A stretch of 64,000 bases of DNA from Candidatus Amesbacteria bacterium. Lineage in GTDB: Bacteria > Patescibacteriota > Microgenomatia > CAZETR01 > Amesbacteraceae. This document shows, piece after piece, positions 20,869 through 30,631 of this stretch. Both the position numbers and the translations under genes were made by a program. Every line of letters begins with the position of its first letter. Position 1 is the stretch's first letter. Below the pieces are notes generated by a model. The model did no database searches, was not told where the DNA came from, and saw only the letters and a program-made list of their open reading frames with translations. The stretch lies in NCBI GenBank assembly GCA_963736875.1, contig CAVTQH010000002.1, forward strand, positions 133,294-197,293, given 5' to 3'.

Positions 20869-22263
20869 ATGATGCAAAACCGTCCCCCAGTAATTGTTGT
20901 TTTGGGCCATGTGGATCATGGCAAAACCTCCCTGCTTGGACTACCTGAAAAAATCTAATATTGCCGCCCGCGAAACCGGAGGCATCACCCAGCATATCAG
21001 ATCTTTTCAGATCGAGACCAAAAACTATGGGATTATGACTTTTATCGATACCCCCGGACACGAAGCTTTTACAAAAATCCGTGAGCGGGGAAGTAAAATT
21101 GCCGACTTGGCAATTTTGGTGGTAGCAGCCGACGACGGAGTTAAACCCCAAACCATCGAATCCATCGAATTTATCAAAAATTCCCGCCTGCCGTTTGTAG
21201 TGGCCATCAATAAGTCCGATATGCCTGCCGCTGACCCTGACCGGGTAAAAACCCAGCTTACTGAATCCGGAGTTGTCGTCGAAGACTTCGGCGGCAGCGT
21301 TCCCGTTTCGGTTATTTCTGCCAAAACCGGTAAAAACATCCCGGAGTTACTGGAATTGGTCCATTTGGTAGTCAGTCTGGATCCTCCCCGGGCAGACGTC
21401 CGGGAAAGTCTTGGAATTAATTGTTCTCGAAAGCCACCTGGATTCAAAAAAAGGTCCTCTGGCTACAATTCTGGTAAAAAACGGAACTCTAAAAACAGGT
21501 CAGGAGCTTTTTCAAACCGAAAAAATCGGCAAAGCCAAAGCTTTATTCGATTTTGAAGGCAAATCCTTAACCGAAGCTTTGCCTTCCCAGCCGGTGGAGA
21601 TTTTGGGTTTGAATCTGACTCCCGAAGTAGGATCGGTTATTTCCGATAAACCGGTATCCGGTCCCTCCGCTTCCCAAAAGCCCAAATCAGACACCGTCCC
21701 GTCCGAAAAAAAGATAAATCTTATTATCAAAGCCGATGTTGCCGGTTCCCTGGAAGCAATTGTTGCCAACCTCCCGCCGGAAGTTGAAGTGATCACCTCC
21801 GGCACCGGGGACATTAACGAAAACGACATTCTTCTGGCTGATACTTCCAAAAGCCGGGTTATCGGTTTCAACCTCAAACCATCCGGTTCCATTATTAAAC
21901 TGGCTGAAACCGAAAAAGTTTCCCTTAAGACTTTTCCGATTATCTACGAACTTTTTGATTACTTAAACGACCTGCTTCATCCCGAAATGACGGAAAAAAT
22001 CAAAGGTACAGCTACGGTTATTGGCCGATTTTAAAATCAATTCGGACCGGATTGCCGGTTGCCGTTGCACTGAAGGGATTTTTACAAAATCCGATAACAT
22101 TCGGGTTGAAAGAACCGGTCAGGTTATCGGTACCGGCCGGATCAAATCCTTAAAAATCGGCAAAAACGACGTCCAGTCGGTCAAACCGGGGACTGAATTC
22201 GGGGCTGTTCTTTCTCCTTATGTTGACTTTAAAGTCGGCGACGCTATAATTGCTATAGGTTAA
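20869..22263 (+). CDS. infB: Translation initiation factor IF-2, short form (~463 aa), broken by three +1 frameshifts near 20938, 21413 and 22023
   Basis: [53 protein letters not shown] in successive frames. Confidence 0.93.
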
Positions 22264-22264
22264 T

Positions 22265-23238
22265 ATGGCCAAACCGGATACCTCATATCTGGGGACGCTG
22301 ATGGAACCTGCCCGCCATGTCAGTATCCTTCTTCCTCAAAATCCTTCTTTTGATGCGGTAGCGGCTGCATTGGGACTGAAGCTTTCTCTGGAATCCTCCG
22401 GCAAGCTGGTTCAGGTGGCCTGTCCTGATCCCATGGTGGTTGAATTCAATCGTTTGGTGGGAGTTGATTCCATTACCACCACATTCGGTACCAGAAATCT
22501 GGTCATTTCTTTTCCTGACCAGACTGAAGCCGTCGATAAAGTCAGCTATAATCTGGAAAACGGCGAGTTGCAGCTGGTGATTACTCCCAAACCGGAAGCT
22601 CCGGAGCTGGACCACCGGCGTCTGAAGTTTATTTCCGGCGCAGGCAAAACGGATTTGATAGTTCTTGTAGCTGTAGATCAGATTACCGATCTCGGCTCAA
22701 TTTATCAGGATGCCAAAGATCATTTTCAAAACTACCACACTGGTTTCTTTGTCCCACAAACCTCCGCGGGAGAACTACACCCTTCATCAAATCCATGATT
22801 CCCAATCCTCATCCGTCAGTGAATTAACCACTCACATCATTGATTCTTTGGGTTTGAACTTAACCGGCGACGCCGCCTCAAATATGTTGGCCGGTATCGA
22901 AAAAGCTACCCGCAATTTTCAATCTCCCAATATCACAACCACCACTTTTGAAGCTGCTGTAATCCTGATGCGCAGGGGAGCCAAACGCCATATTGAATTA
23001 TCAGCCACCGATTTTCCTCCCGGAGTCGATTCCTTCTCCACTTCCTCCTCCGCCGCGTCCTCCTCCCCCTCCTCCGCCGGCTCCGGTTCAGTCTTCGGTT
23101 CAATTAGGATATGGCACCGACAGTACTCTTCCGGTTCAGTCTGCAACTGATACTAAAAAAACCAAGACCGCCGAAAAGAAAAACACTCCTCCGGACTGGT
23201 ACGAGCCCAAAATCTACAAAGGCCCCATGCTCCAGTAA
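22265..23238 (+). CDS. DHH/NrnA-like protein with degenerate catalytic motifs and Pro-rich tail; two +1 frameshifts near 22730 and 23020
   Basis: LLPQNPSFDAVAAALGL, DLIVLV, SSVSEL, LAGI..AT.NF; position after infB. Confidence 0.7.
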
Positions 23239-23240
23239 AT

Positions 23241-23336
23241 TGTGATATAATTCACTGCGTATAACAGAGAAATTAACGGGGGTTTGATAGGTTTTCTACT
23301 CTCACCTCCGCCTTATCTCTGAAATTTTTTATTCAT
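23241..23336 (+). promoter_or_regulatory. Promoter and structured rpsO 5' leader
   Basis: TGTGATATAAT at 23241-23251; nested stems CAGAGA/TCTCTG, CGGGGGT/ACCTCCG, TAG/CTA. Confidence 0.6.
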
Positions 23337-23606
23337 ATGGCTCTAGATACAACAGCAAAACAACAAATCATCAAAAAATTTGCCAAAGGCAAAGGTGACA
23401 CCGGTTCTCCGGAAGTCCAGATTGCCTTACTGACGGAAAAAATCAACAAACTGGCAGAGCATTTAAAAATTCACAAAAAGGATAATCACTCCCGGCGGGG
23501 ACTGATCAGTATGGTTTCCAAACGCCGCCGCCTGCTTTTTTATCTCCAGAAAAAAGAGACCAGGCGTTTTCAGGACATCAACAAAAAACTTGGTCTATCG
23601 AAATAA
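23337..23606 (+). CDS. rpsO: 30S ribosomal protein S15
   Basis: [24 protein letters not shown]. Confidence 0.98.
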   Translation: MALDTTAKQQIIKKFAKGKGDTGSPEVQIALLTEKINKLAEHLKIHKKDNHSRRGLISMVSKRRRLLFYLQKKETRRFQDINKKLGLSK

Positions 23607-23689
23607 CCCGAATTCTAGTATAATCACTTCAAGTAACTAAAAGAAAAAAAATAACCATAAGCTTCTCTGACTGCTTCTGGAACAAATAA

Positions 23690-25895
23690 ATGAAAATTAT
23701 AAGTAAATCAATGGAAGTTGCCGGTCGGACTCTGACTCTCGAAACCGGTCGTTTTGCCGCCCAGGCAGTTTCCAGTGTGTTGGCCAGCTACGGTGAAACC
23801 TCCGTATTGGCGGTGATCACCACCGGGACGGAAAATCACGGCAAGGATTATTTCCCTTTGTCCGTTGATTATCAGGAGAGATTGTATGCCGGTGGCCGGA
23901 TTAAAGGTTCCCGTTGGGTAAAACGCGAAGGCCGGCCTACCGAAGCTGAAACCTTGTCTGCCAGGCTGATTGACCGGTCAATCCGGCCTCTTTTTCCGAA
24001 AAACTACAGGCGCGAAGTTCAGGTCGTGGTAATGGTTTTGTCAGTTGATGTTGATAACGACCCGGATATTTTAGGCTGTATAGCGGCATCTGCAGCTCTG
24101 GCAATTTCTCCTGTTCCCTGGAATGGTCCCATTTCCACTGCCCGTGTCGGTCTGGAAGAGGGTAAATTGGTTGCCCATCCCAAAGACGGTAATCGCGGCG
24201 GGGTCGATTTGGATTTGGTTGTTTCTTCGACTTCCGATTTGATTACCATGATCGAAACCGGAGCCAGACAGGTGCCCGAAGAAACTATTCTGGCCGGTTT
24301 TGAACTGGGACTTAAGGAAAACAAAAAAACCATCGATTTGATTAACTCCCTGGTCAAAGAAGCCGGCCAACCAAGGGAAACAGTCAAATCCACTCCTCTT
24401 CCGCCGGAATTGGTAAAAGACATCAGGAAAAAGGGTCAGGAGGCCATTAATCAATATATTGCCGATGCTGCCCATAAAGAAGGCGTGGATATGATCGAAA
24501 TCTTAAATAGTCTGTCCGAAGGAGCGGATGAAAAAGAATAAAGTTTTTATTCCCCAGATAGTGGAAGAACTTATGCGCGATGCTATCCGTAGGCAAATTC
24601 TTGAAAAATCCCACCGTCCTGATGGCCGGAAAATTGATGAGATCCGCCCTTTAAGTGTGGAAGTCGGAGTTCTACCCCGGGTTCATGGTTCGGCTGTTTT
24701 TCAGAGAGGCCAAACCCAGGCTTTGGTTGTTACCACTTTGGGTGCCCCTTCCCTGTCTCAGTCTTTGGAATCCGCCGAAGGCGAAGACACCAAACGATTC
24801 ATGCTTCATTACAATTTTCCTCCCTTTTCCACAGGTGAAACCGGCAGGCTCGGTTCTCCCAGCAGACGCGAAATCGGTCACGGCGCCCTGGCCGAAAAAG
24901 GCCTGGCTCCGGTAATTCCCGAAGAACAGAATTTTCCTTATGCCATCCGGGTTGTTTCCGAAATCATGAGTTCCAACGGTTCTTCCAGCATGGCCAGCAC
25001 TTGCGGTTCGACCATGTCGCTGATGGACGCCGGTGTCCCGATTCTTTCTCCCGTTGCCGGGATTTCTATCGGTCTGGTTACTCCTGAAAATTACCCCAAA
25101 AATTCCAAAGATTTTGTTTTATTAACCGATATTATCGGGCTGGAAGATCATCACGGGGATATGGATTTCAAAGTCGCCGGCACTTCCGCCGGAATCACCG
25201 CCATCCAGCTGGATGTCAAAGTCCCCGGTTTAACTATGGATATCTGTAAAGAAACCCTCAAAAGAGCCAAAATCGCCAGGGAGCAGATCCTCAAAACCAT
25301 GCTGGCGGTTTTACCTCAAAGCCGGCCGCAGATTTCTCCCTATGCCCCCCAAATCAGCACTACCCAAATACCCGTTGAGAAAATCGGCGAGTTAATCGGT
25401 CCCGGCGGTAAAGTAATCAAGCAGTTGATGGCCGATACCGGTACCACTATTGATGTCAGAGATGACGGCAGTGTTTTTGTCTCAGGTCTCGATCCGGACG
25501 GCGTCAGCAGAGCCATCTCCTGGATAGACGGTTTAAGCCGCGAAGTTATTCCCGGTGAAATATATGAAGGTACCGTTGCCAGAATTCAGCCGTTCGGTGC
25601 ATTTGTGAACATTTTGCCCGGTAAGGACGGTTTGGTGCATGTTTCCCAGATGGACAGCGTTTATGTTTCCGATCCCAGTACCGTGGTCACCGAAGGTCAA
25701 AAAGTCAAAGTCTGGGTGACGGAAATCGATTCCCAGGGAAGGATTAATTTAAGCATGCTTTTTGATGCTGACGGCAAACCGGTAATAAAAATGTCTCCTC
25801 CCCGTGATTCAGCTCCGCGGGGTCCGCGCCGCGATTCCTACGGCGGTCCCAGAAGGGATGATCGCCGTGATCGTGGTCCCCGCCGGCGCTTCTAA
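23690..25895 (+). CDS. pnp: Polyribonucleotide nucleotidyltransferase; one +1 frameshift in an A-run near 24533
   Basis: YFPLSVDYQER, RLIDRSIRP, RREIGHG, SNGSSSMAS, GDMDFKVAG, KH and S1 domains. Confidence 0.95.
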
Positions 25896-25904
25896 CAATA
25901 GTCA

Positions 25905-26201
25905 ATGAAACTATTAGAGCATCATTACCAGAAATTTCTTCCGGATATAACAACTAACCTGGGTGATTTGAAGGACGAAAACCTATTTTATTACTTTGGG
26001 GTAGTATCAAACGATTATCTATTCGTCTTGAAAAAACGAAAAGCTAAAAATTTTTTTCAAGCAATAAGAAATGCCGCGGCAGCTTTTCAGGAAGGGCAAG
26101 TGGAAATAATCAGCGAGGGACAAAATAAAGACGATTATATTTGCCGGCATTGCGGTAACTTACATCATGGTAAATGCTCGTTGGCAGAAAATTCTTGTTA
26201 G
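25905..26201 (+). CDS. Hypothetical protein with C-terminal Cys/His cluster
   Basis: 98-aa ORF filling the pnp-lon gap; DDYICRHC..HHGKC. Confidence 0.5.
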   Translation: MKLLEHHYQKFLPDITTNLGDLKDENLFYYFGVVSNDYLFVLKKRKAKNFFQAIRNAAAAFQEGQVEIISEGQNKDDYICRHCGNLHHGKCSLAENSC

Positions 26202-26226
26202 GGTAACACTGTGATATCATAAATTC

Positions 26227-27273
26227 GTGGACGAAAAACTCACCTCAGACATTCAGTCGATTCAGGATCAGATTACCAATACCAAACTGCCTGAAGAATT
26301 AAAGTTAAAAATTCAGGAAATGGTAAATCGTTTGGCTCTTGCTGCTAAGTACGGCAGTTACAGCGCCGAATTTGAGATGGTCCAGCATTATGTGGACTGG
26401 ATTACCCACTTACCGTGGTACAAAACTACGGAGGATACACTGGAATTGGACCATGTCAAACAGGTTCTGGACAAGCACCATTTTGGTTTGGACGCTCTCA
26501 AAGACAGGTTTTTGGAATATGTCTCCCTGATGATTCTTAACAGAAGCAAGCCCCAGAGCAACTTCCGCGCTCCGATACTATTATTAGTTGGTCTGGTGGG
26601 CACCGGTAAAACCACAATTTCGGCCAGCATTGCCGAGGCTCTGGGCCGGAAATTTATCAGGATTCCCTTTGGCGGCATGAGCTCGTCACTTGATTTGCGC
26701 GGCCAGGCCAGGGTATTCGGAGACGCCGAACCCGGGCAGATTATTAAAAATATTCGCCGGGCAGGGGTAAAAAATCCGGTAATTCTTTTGGATGAAATCG
26801 ACCGGGTGGCTGAAAGCGCCAGGGGAGAAATAATGGGTGTTTTGGTAGAGCTTCTGGATCCGGCCCAGAACAGCACCTTCACGGATCACTATATAGATTA
26901 TCCCTTTGATCTGTCGCAATGTCTGTTTATTGCGACGGCCAATAACACCACCCATATCAATACCGCGGTCATGGATCGTTTGGAGCCGATTCTCATGCCC
27001 TCCTACTCTGATGAGGAAAAAATTCACATCGGTCGCGAATACATTCTTCCGACCCAAATCCAAAAAGCTGCTCTGCCTGACGGAGTTCTGACAATTGATG
27101 ATGCCGTCTGGTCAAAAATTACCCGGCCGCTGGGTTTTGACGCCGGCATCCGTACTTTGGAACGGACTATCGAGGGTATTGTCCGTAAAGTTGCCAGGCT
27201 GACCATCGAAGATAAAAATCGGAAATTTCATATTACCGAAGAAAACGTCAAACAATTTCTCCCCACCTACTGA
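26227..27273 (+). CDS. Lon-family AAA+ ATPase lacking N-terminal and protease domains
   Basis: YVDWITHLPW, LDKHHFGL, Walker A GLVGTGKT, KNPVILLDEID, LLDPAQNSTFTDHY, ATAN, AGIRTLER. Confidence 0.88.
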   Translation: MDEKLTSDIQSIQDQITNTKLPEELKLKIQEMVNRLALAAKYGSYSAEFEMVQHYVDWITHLPWYKTTEDTLELDHVKQVLDKHHFGLDALKDRFLEYVSLMILNRSKPQSNFRAPILLLVGLVGTGKTTISASIAEALGRKFIRIPFGGMSSSLDLRGQARVFGDAEPGQIIKNIRRAGVKNPVILLDEIDRVAESARGEIMGVLVELLDPAQNSTFTDHYIDYPFDLSQCLFIATANNTTHINTAVMDRLEPILMPSYSDEEKIHIGREYILPTQIQKAALPDGVLTIDDAVWSKITRPLGFDAGIRTLERTIEGIVRKVARLTIEDKNRKFHITEENVKQFLPTY

Positions 27274-27779
27274 TGAAAATCGCCGTTTTGTCTGATATCC
27301 ACGATAATATTTGGAACCTTGAGAAAACTCTGGAAAAAGTTAAAGAGAATCAGTGTGAAGCAATTATTTTTTGCGGTGATTTCTGTGCCCCTTTTATCGT
27401 TCCCCATTTGACCGCCGCCGGCCTGCCTGTATATGCCTGTTTTGGTAACAATGACGAAGATCAGTGGTCCATTGTCAAAAATGCCAAATCTGATAAGTTT
27501 CAGGTCTGGGCTCTGGGTCAGGAATTTGCCGAAATTGAACTGGACAAAATAAAAATTGCTTTTTGCCATTATCCCAAACTTGGACGATTGTTAGCCCAGA
27601 CAGGGGATTATCAGGCGGTTTTTCATGGTCACACCCACGAAGCCTATCAGGAAAAAATAGACAGCACTCTTTTGGCCAACCCCGGCGCCGTCTGTGGTAT
27701 TGTCTCCGGCCATCCCGGCCCCGCCGGTTTTGGGATTTATAATACTTCGGATAAAACTTTCACTCACATTTCTTTATGA
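27273..27779 (+). CDS. YfcE-like metallophosphoesterase
   Basis: SDIHDN, CGD, GNND, HGHTH, NPG. Confidence 0.92.
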   Translation: MKIAVLSDIHDNIWNLEKTLEKVKENQCEAIIFCGDFCAPFIVPHLTAAGLPVYACFGNNDEDQWSIVKNAKSDKFQVWALGQEFAEIELDKIKIAFCHYPKLGRLLAQTGDYQAVFHGHTHEAYQEKIDSTLLANPGAVCGIVSGHPGPAGFGIYNTSDKTFTHISL

Positions 27780-28417
27780 CTACTCAGGAAAAGCAGGTAG
27801 AACTCGATAAAATTTCCCGGGAAATAAAGGAGTTTAAGGGTTTGGATATTGCCAAAAATTGTACCCGTGCAGTTCCGGGTGAGGGTAATCCGGATACTCA
27901 GATTATGTTTATCGGGGAGGCTCCTGGTTTTAACGAAGACAAGGAAGGCAGACCTTTTGTGGGCCAGGCCGGAAAACTTCTGGAAAAAACCCTTAAAGAT
28001 GTATTAAATTTGGGCCGGTTTGATGTTTATATCACCAATATCGTCAAATTCCGTCCCCCGGATAACCGCGATCCGCTGCCTGACGAAATAGAAGCTTGCC
28101 GTGATTGGCTGGACAGGCAGATAAATATCATTCACCCCAAAATTATCGCTACTCTGGGACGTTTCTCCATGGCTAAATTTATTCCGGACGTTTCAATTTC
28201 CCGGATTCATGGCCAGGCCAGATACATTGATATTAATGACAGAAAAATTATTATTTTCCCCATGTATCACCCGGCTGCCGCCCTTCGGGCAGGAACGGTT
28301 ATGAACGAATTCGTTCAGGACTTTAATAAATTAAAGCCGCTGCTTGGAAATAATCAGCCTGAAATCCCGGTCGTCAAAACGGAACCTGTAAAAATTACTC
28401 AAACAAGTTTATTTTAA
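27776..28417 (+). CDS. Uracil-DNA glycosylase family 4
   Basis: IGEAPG..ED.EGRPFVGQAG, RPPDNRDP, YHPAAAL. Confidence 0.93.
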   Translation: MTTQEKQVELDKISREIKEFKGLDIAKNCTRAVPGEGNPDTQIMFIGEAPGFNEDKEGRPFVGQAGKLLEKTLKDVLNLGRFDVYITNIVKFRPPDNRDPLPDEIEACRDWLDRQINIIHPKIIATLGRFSMAKFIPDVSISRIHGQARYIDINDRKIIIFPMYHPAAALRAGTVMNEFVQDFNKLKPLLGNNQPEIPVVKTEPVKITQTSLF

Positions 28418-28435
28418 ATAAATTAATATATAGCC

Positions 28436-30091
28436 ATGGCGGAATTAAAAATCATTTCTTTGGGAGGTTTCGGCAAAGTTACTTCCAACATGTTTGTTTA
28501 TGAGCTGGAAAACGACATTTTGCTGGTCGATTGCGGCATGGGTTTTCCTTCGGAGGATATGCTGGGAATAGACATTCTCATCCCGGATATTTCCTACCTG
28601 CATGACAAAATCGGGAAAATCAGGGGTTTGGTAATTACTCACGGTCATGAAGATCATATCGGAGCTTTGCCGTATCTTTTACCCCAGCTTCCCGGGGTGC
28701 CGGTTTATGCCAGCCGTCTTCCCGCCCATTTGATTATGGATAAATTGGCTGAGTATGAAAACATGGCGCAGAAAGTCACGGTATTAAATCCCGGTGAACA
28801 GCTGCATTTGGGCCAGTTTACTGTTGAATCAGTCAGAATTTCCCACTCGGTTCCCGATTCCACCAACTTAATCATCTCCACTCCGGCCGGTAATATTTAT
28901 CATGGCAGTGATTTTAAGTTTGATTTCACTCCGGTTGACGGCGTATTACCGGACATTAACCGGATTGCTGTCGCCGGAAACGCCGGCATTTCATTGCTTC
29001 TGTCGGATTCTCTGGGCAGTGAACGTCCCGGATACACCCCCTCTGAAAAAACTCTGGCCGAAACTTTTGAGCGGGAGGTGTCGGACTGCCAGGGCAAGTT
29101 TATTGTTACCACCATGAGCAGTAATATCAGCCGCTGGTATCAGGCGGCCACCAGCGCAATTCGTCACGGCCGCCGGATAGCAGTTTCCGGCCGGAGTATC
29201 GAACGCAATCTTGATATCGCCACCAAATTAAACTTGTTTAATATCCCCAAATCGGCCTTTGTCGAGCTGAAATCCGTCAAAAAACTTCCGCCCAAAAATG
29301 TTTGCGTTCTGATTGCCGGTTCTCAGGCTCAGTCCGGATCTGCTCTCGAGCGTTTGGCAACAGAGGATCATCGTGATTTAACAATCAATCCCGGGGACAA
29401 GGTGGTTTTCTCATCGGATTATATTCCCGGTAATGAAAGTTCGGTGCAGTCTTTAATCGACACTCTGTCCAAACAGGGTGCCAAAGTAATCTATTCCGAG
29501 ATTACGGATAACTTACATGTTTCCGGTCACGGCAGTCAGCAGGATATGCTTCTTTTAATGGCTCTGACCAAAGCCAAATATGTGCTTCCGATCGGAGGTA
29601 TGTATCGCCATATGATCCAGTATGCCAACCTGGCCAAATCCATGGGTTACAGTCCGGACAGAATTCTTCTTCCCGAGCATAATCAATCAATCTTGGTATC
29701 CCCGGACAAAATTTCAATCGGTCCCAAAATACCGATTAAAAGTGTTTTAGTTGACGGCTTAGGTGTAGGTGATGTCGGTCAGGTGGTTTTGCGGGATCGC
29801 CAGCATCTGGCTGAAGAAGGTGTGGTGGTCGCTGTAGTCGAAGCAGACCAGAATGATTTAAGTAATTTAATCAACTTCGAACTCGTCAGCCGGGGTTTTG
29901 TTTTTGAAAAATACAGTACGGATCTTTTAAACAAAGCTTCCGCCCAGGTCAAAAACGCCATTAATCAGAAGCGGGGGCATATCGAATCCGACCGTCACCT
30001 CAAACAATTGGTAATCGATACCCTGAGTCATTTTCTGTTCAAGGAAACCCACCGCCGCCCCATGATTCTCCCCGTTATTGTCGAAGTCTAA
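28436..30091 (+). CDS. rnj: Ribonuclease J
   Basis: THGHEDHIG, HSVPD, DFKFD, HVSGH, RRPMILPVI. Confidence 0.96.
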   Translation: MAELKIISLGGFGKVTSNMFVYELENDILLVDCGMGFPSEDMLGIDILIPDISYLHDKIGKIRGLVITHGHEDHIGALPYLLPQLPGVPVYASRLPAHLIMDKLAEYENMAQKVTVLNPGEQLHLGQFTVESVRISHSVPDSTNLIISTPAGNIYHGSDFKFDFTPVDGVLPDINRIAVAGNAGISLLLSDSLGSERPGYTPSEKTLAETFEREVSDCQGKFIVTTMSSNISRWYQAATSAIRHGRRIAVSGRSIERNLDIATKLNLFNIPKSAFVELKSVKKLPPKNVCVLIAGSQAQSGSALERLATEDHRDLTINPGDKVVFSSDYIPGNESSVQSLIDTLSKQGAKVIYSEITDNLHVSGHGSQQDMLLLMALTKAKYVLPIGGMYRHMIQYANLAKSMGYSPDRILLPEHNQSILVSPDKISIGPKIPIKSVLVDGLGVGDVGQVVLRDRQHLAEEGVVVAVVEADQNDLSNLINFELVSRGFVFEKYSTDLLNKASAQVKNAINQKRGHIESDRHLKQLVIDTLSHFLFKETHRRPMILPVIVEV

Positions 30092-30094
30092 TCA

Positions 30095-30119
30095 GAGTTC
30101 GAATCCCGACACCCCTGCA
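30095..30119 (+). other. tRNA-3'-end-like fragment, possible relic att site
   Basis: GAGTTCGAATCCCGACACCCCTGCA: T-loop consensus plus acceptor-like tail; no tRNA 5' half present. Confidence 0.5.
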
Positions 30120-30165
30120 TTAGATTTGATTCTTTGTACCGAAAAATCTTAGTATAATAATTGTA

Positions 30166-30453
30166 ATGAGAAAAAAGGCAATCAATGCCCTCTGCGTTCT
30201 TTATTTAATATTAGGGATTCTAGGTTTCTTTTGGTTATACGAACCGTTATGGGGAATTTTCGACCGATTTCCTTTTTTACTCAGTATCACCTCTTTCGGA
30301 ATAATCACTTGGCCTCTGATACCTTTATTTATCATCGTCTGCTTTCTAAACAATTACCGAAAACCTATCTCAAAAATTATCATTGTAAATTTAATCATTT
30401 TTGGTTTTATTGCTTCATTTGCCTTTAGCCAATTACTATTCCGCATTGAGTAA
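30166..30453 (+). CDS. Hypothetical small membrane protein
   Basis: 95 aa with about three hydrophobic segments; TATAAT 7 nt before the ATG; AT-rich. Confidence 0.65.
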   Translation: MRKKAINALCVLYLILGILGFFWLYEPLWGIFDRFPFLLSITSFGIITWPLIPLFIIVCFLNNYRKPISKIIIVNLIIFGFIASFAFSQLLFRIE

Positions 30454-30631
30454 TAACATTGGTCTTTTATCCATAAACTGAGGTCGGTGGTAAATAAGGT
30501 CATTCATACTCGCTCAGGCGTTCCTAATTACGTCCAATAAACCCTGCAAATAATTAAGTCTCAAGATACTATGACAAACCCACCGCCGCCCCATGATTCT
30601 CCCCCCCTGCAAAATAGCCTCAAAAATGAAA

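Larger units (their letters stand above)
30045..30604 (+). repeat. 29-bp exact direct repeat of the rnj 3' end (30045-30073 and 30576-30604)
   Basis: AAACCCACCGCCGCCCCATGATTCTCCCC read at both positions. Confidence 0.92.

Noticed and set aside
20869-22263. infB, pnp and capA as true pseudogenes or programmed frameshifts
   Set aside because: IF2 is essential, fragments join seamlessly, and no consistent slippery site or stimulatory structure is seen; assembly error is more parsimonious
23040-23085. CCT/CCG-rich low-complexity tract
   Set aside because: Explained by poly-proline codons of the DHH-like linker
30092-30120. Possible complete tRNA gene after rnj
   Set aside because: Only a T-loop and 3' tail are present; the T stem does not pair and the upstream sequence is rnj coding DNA
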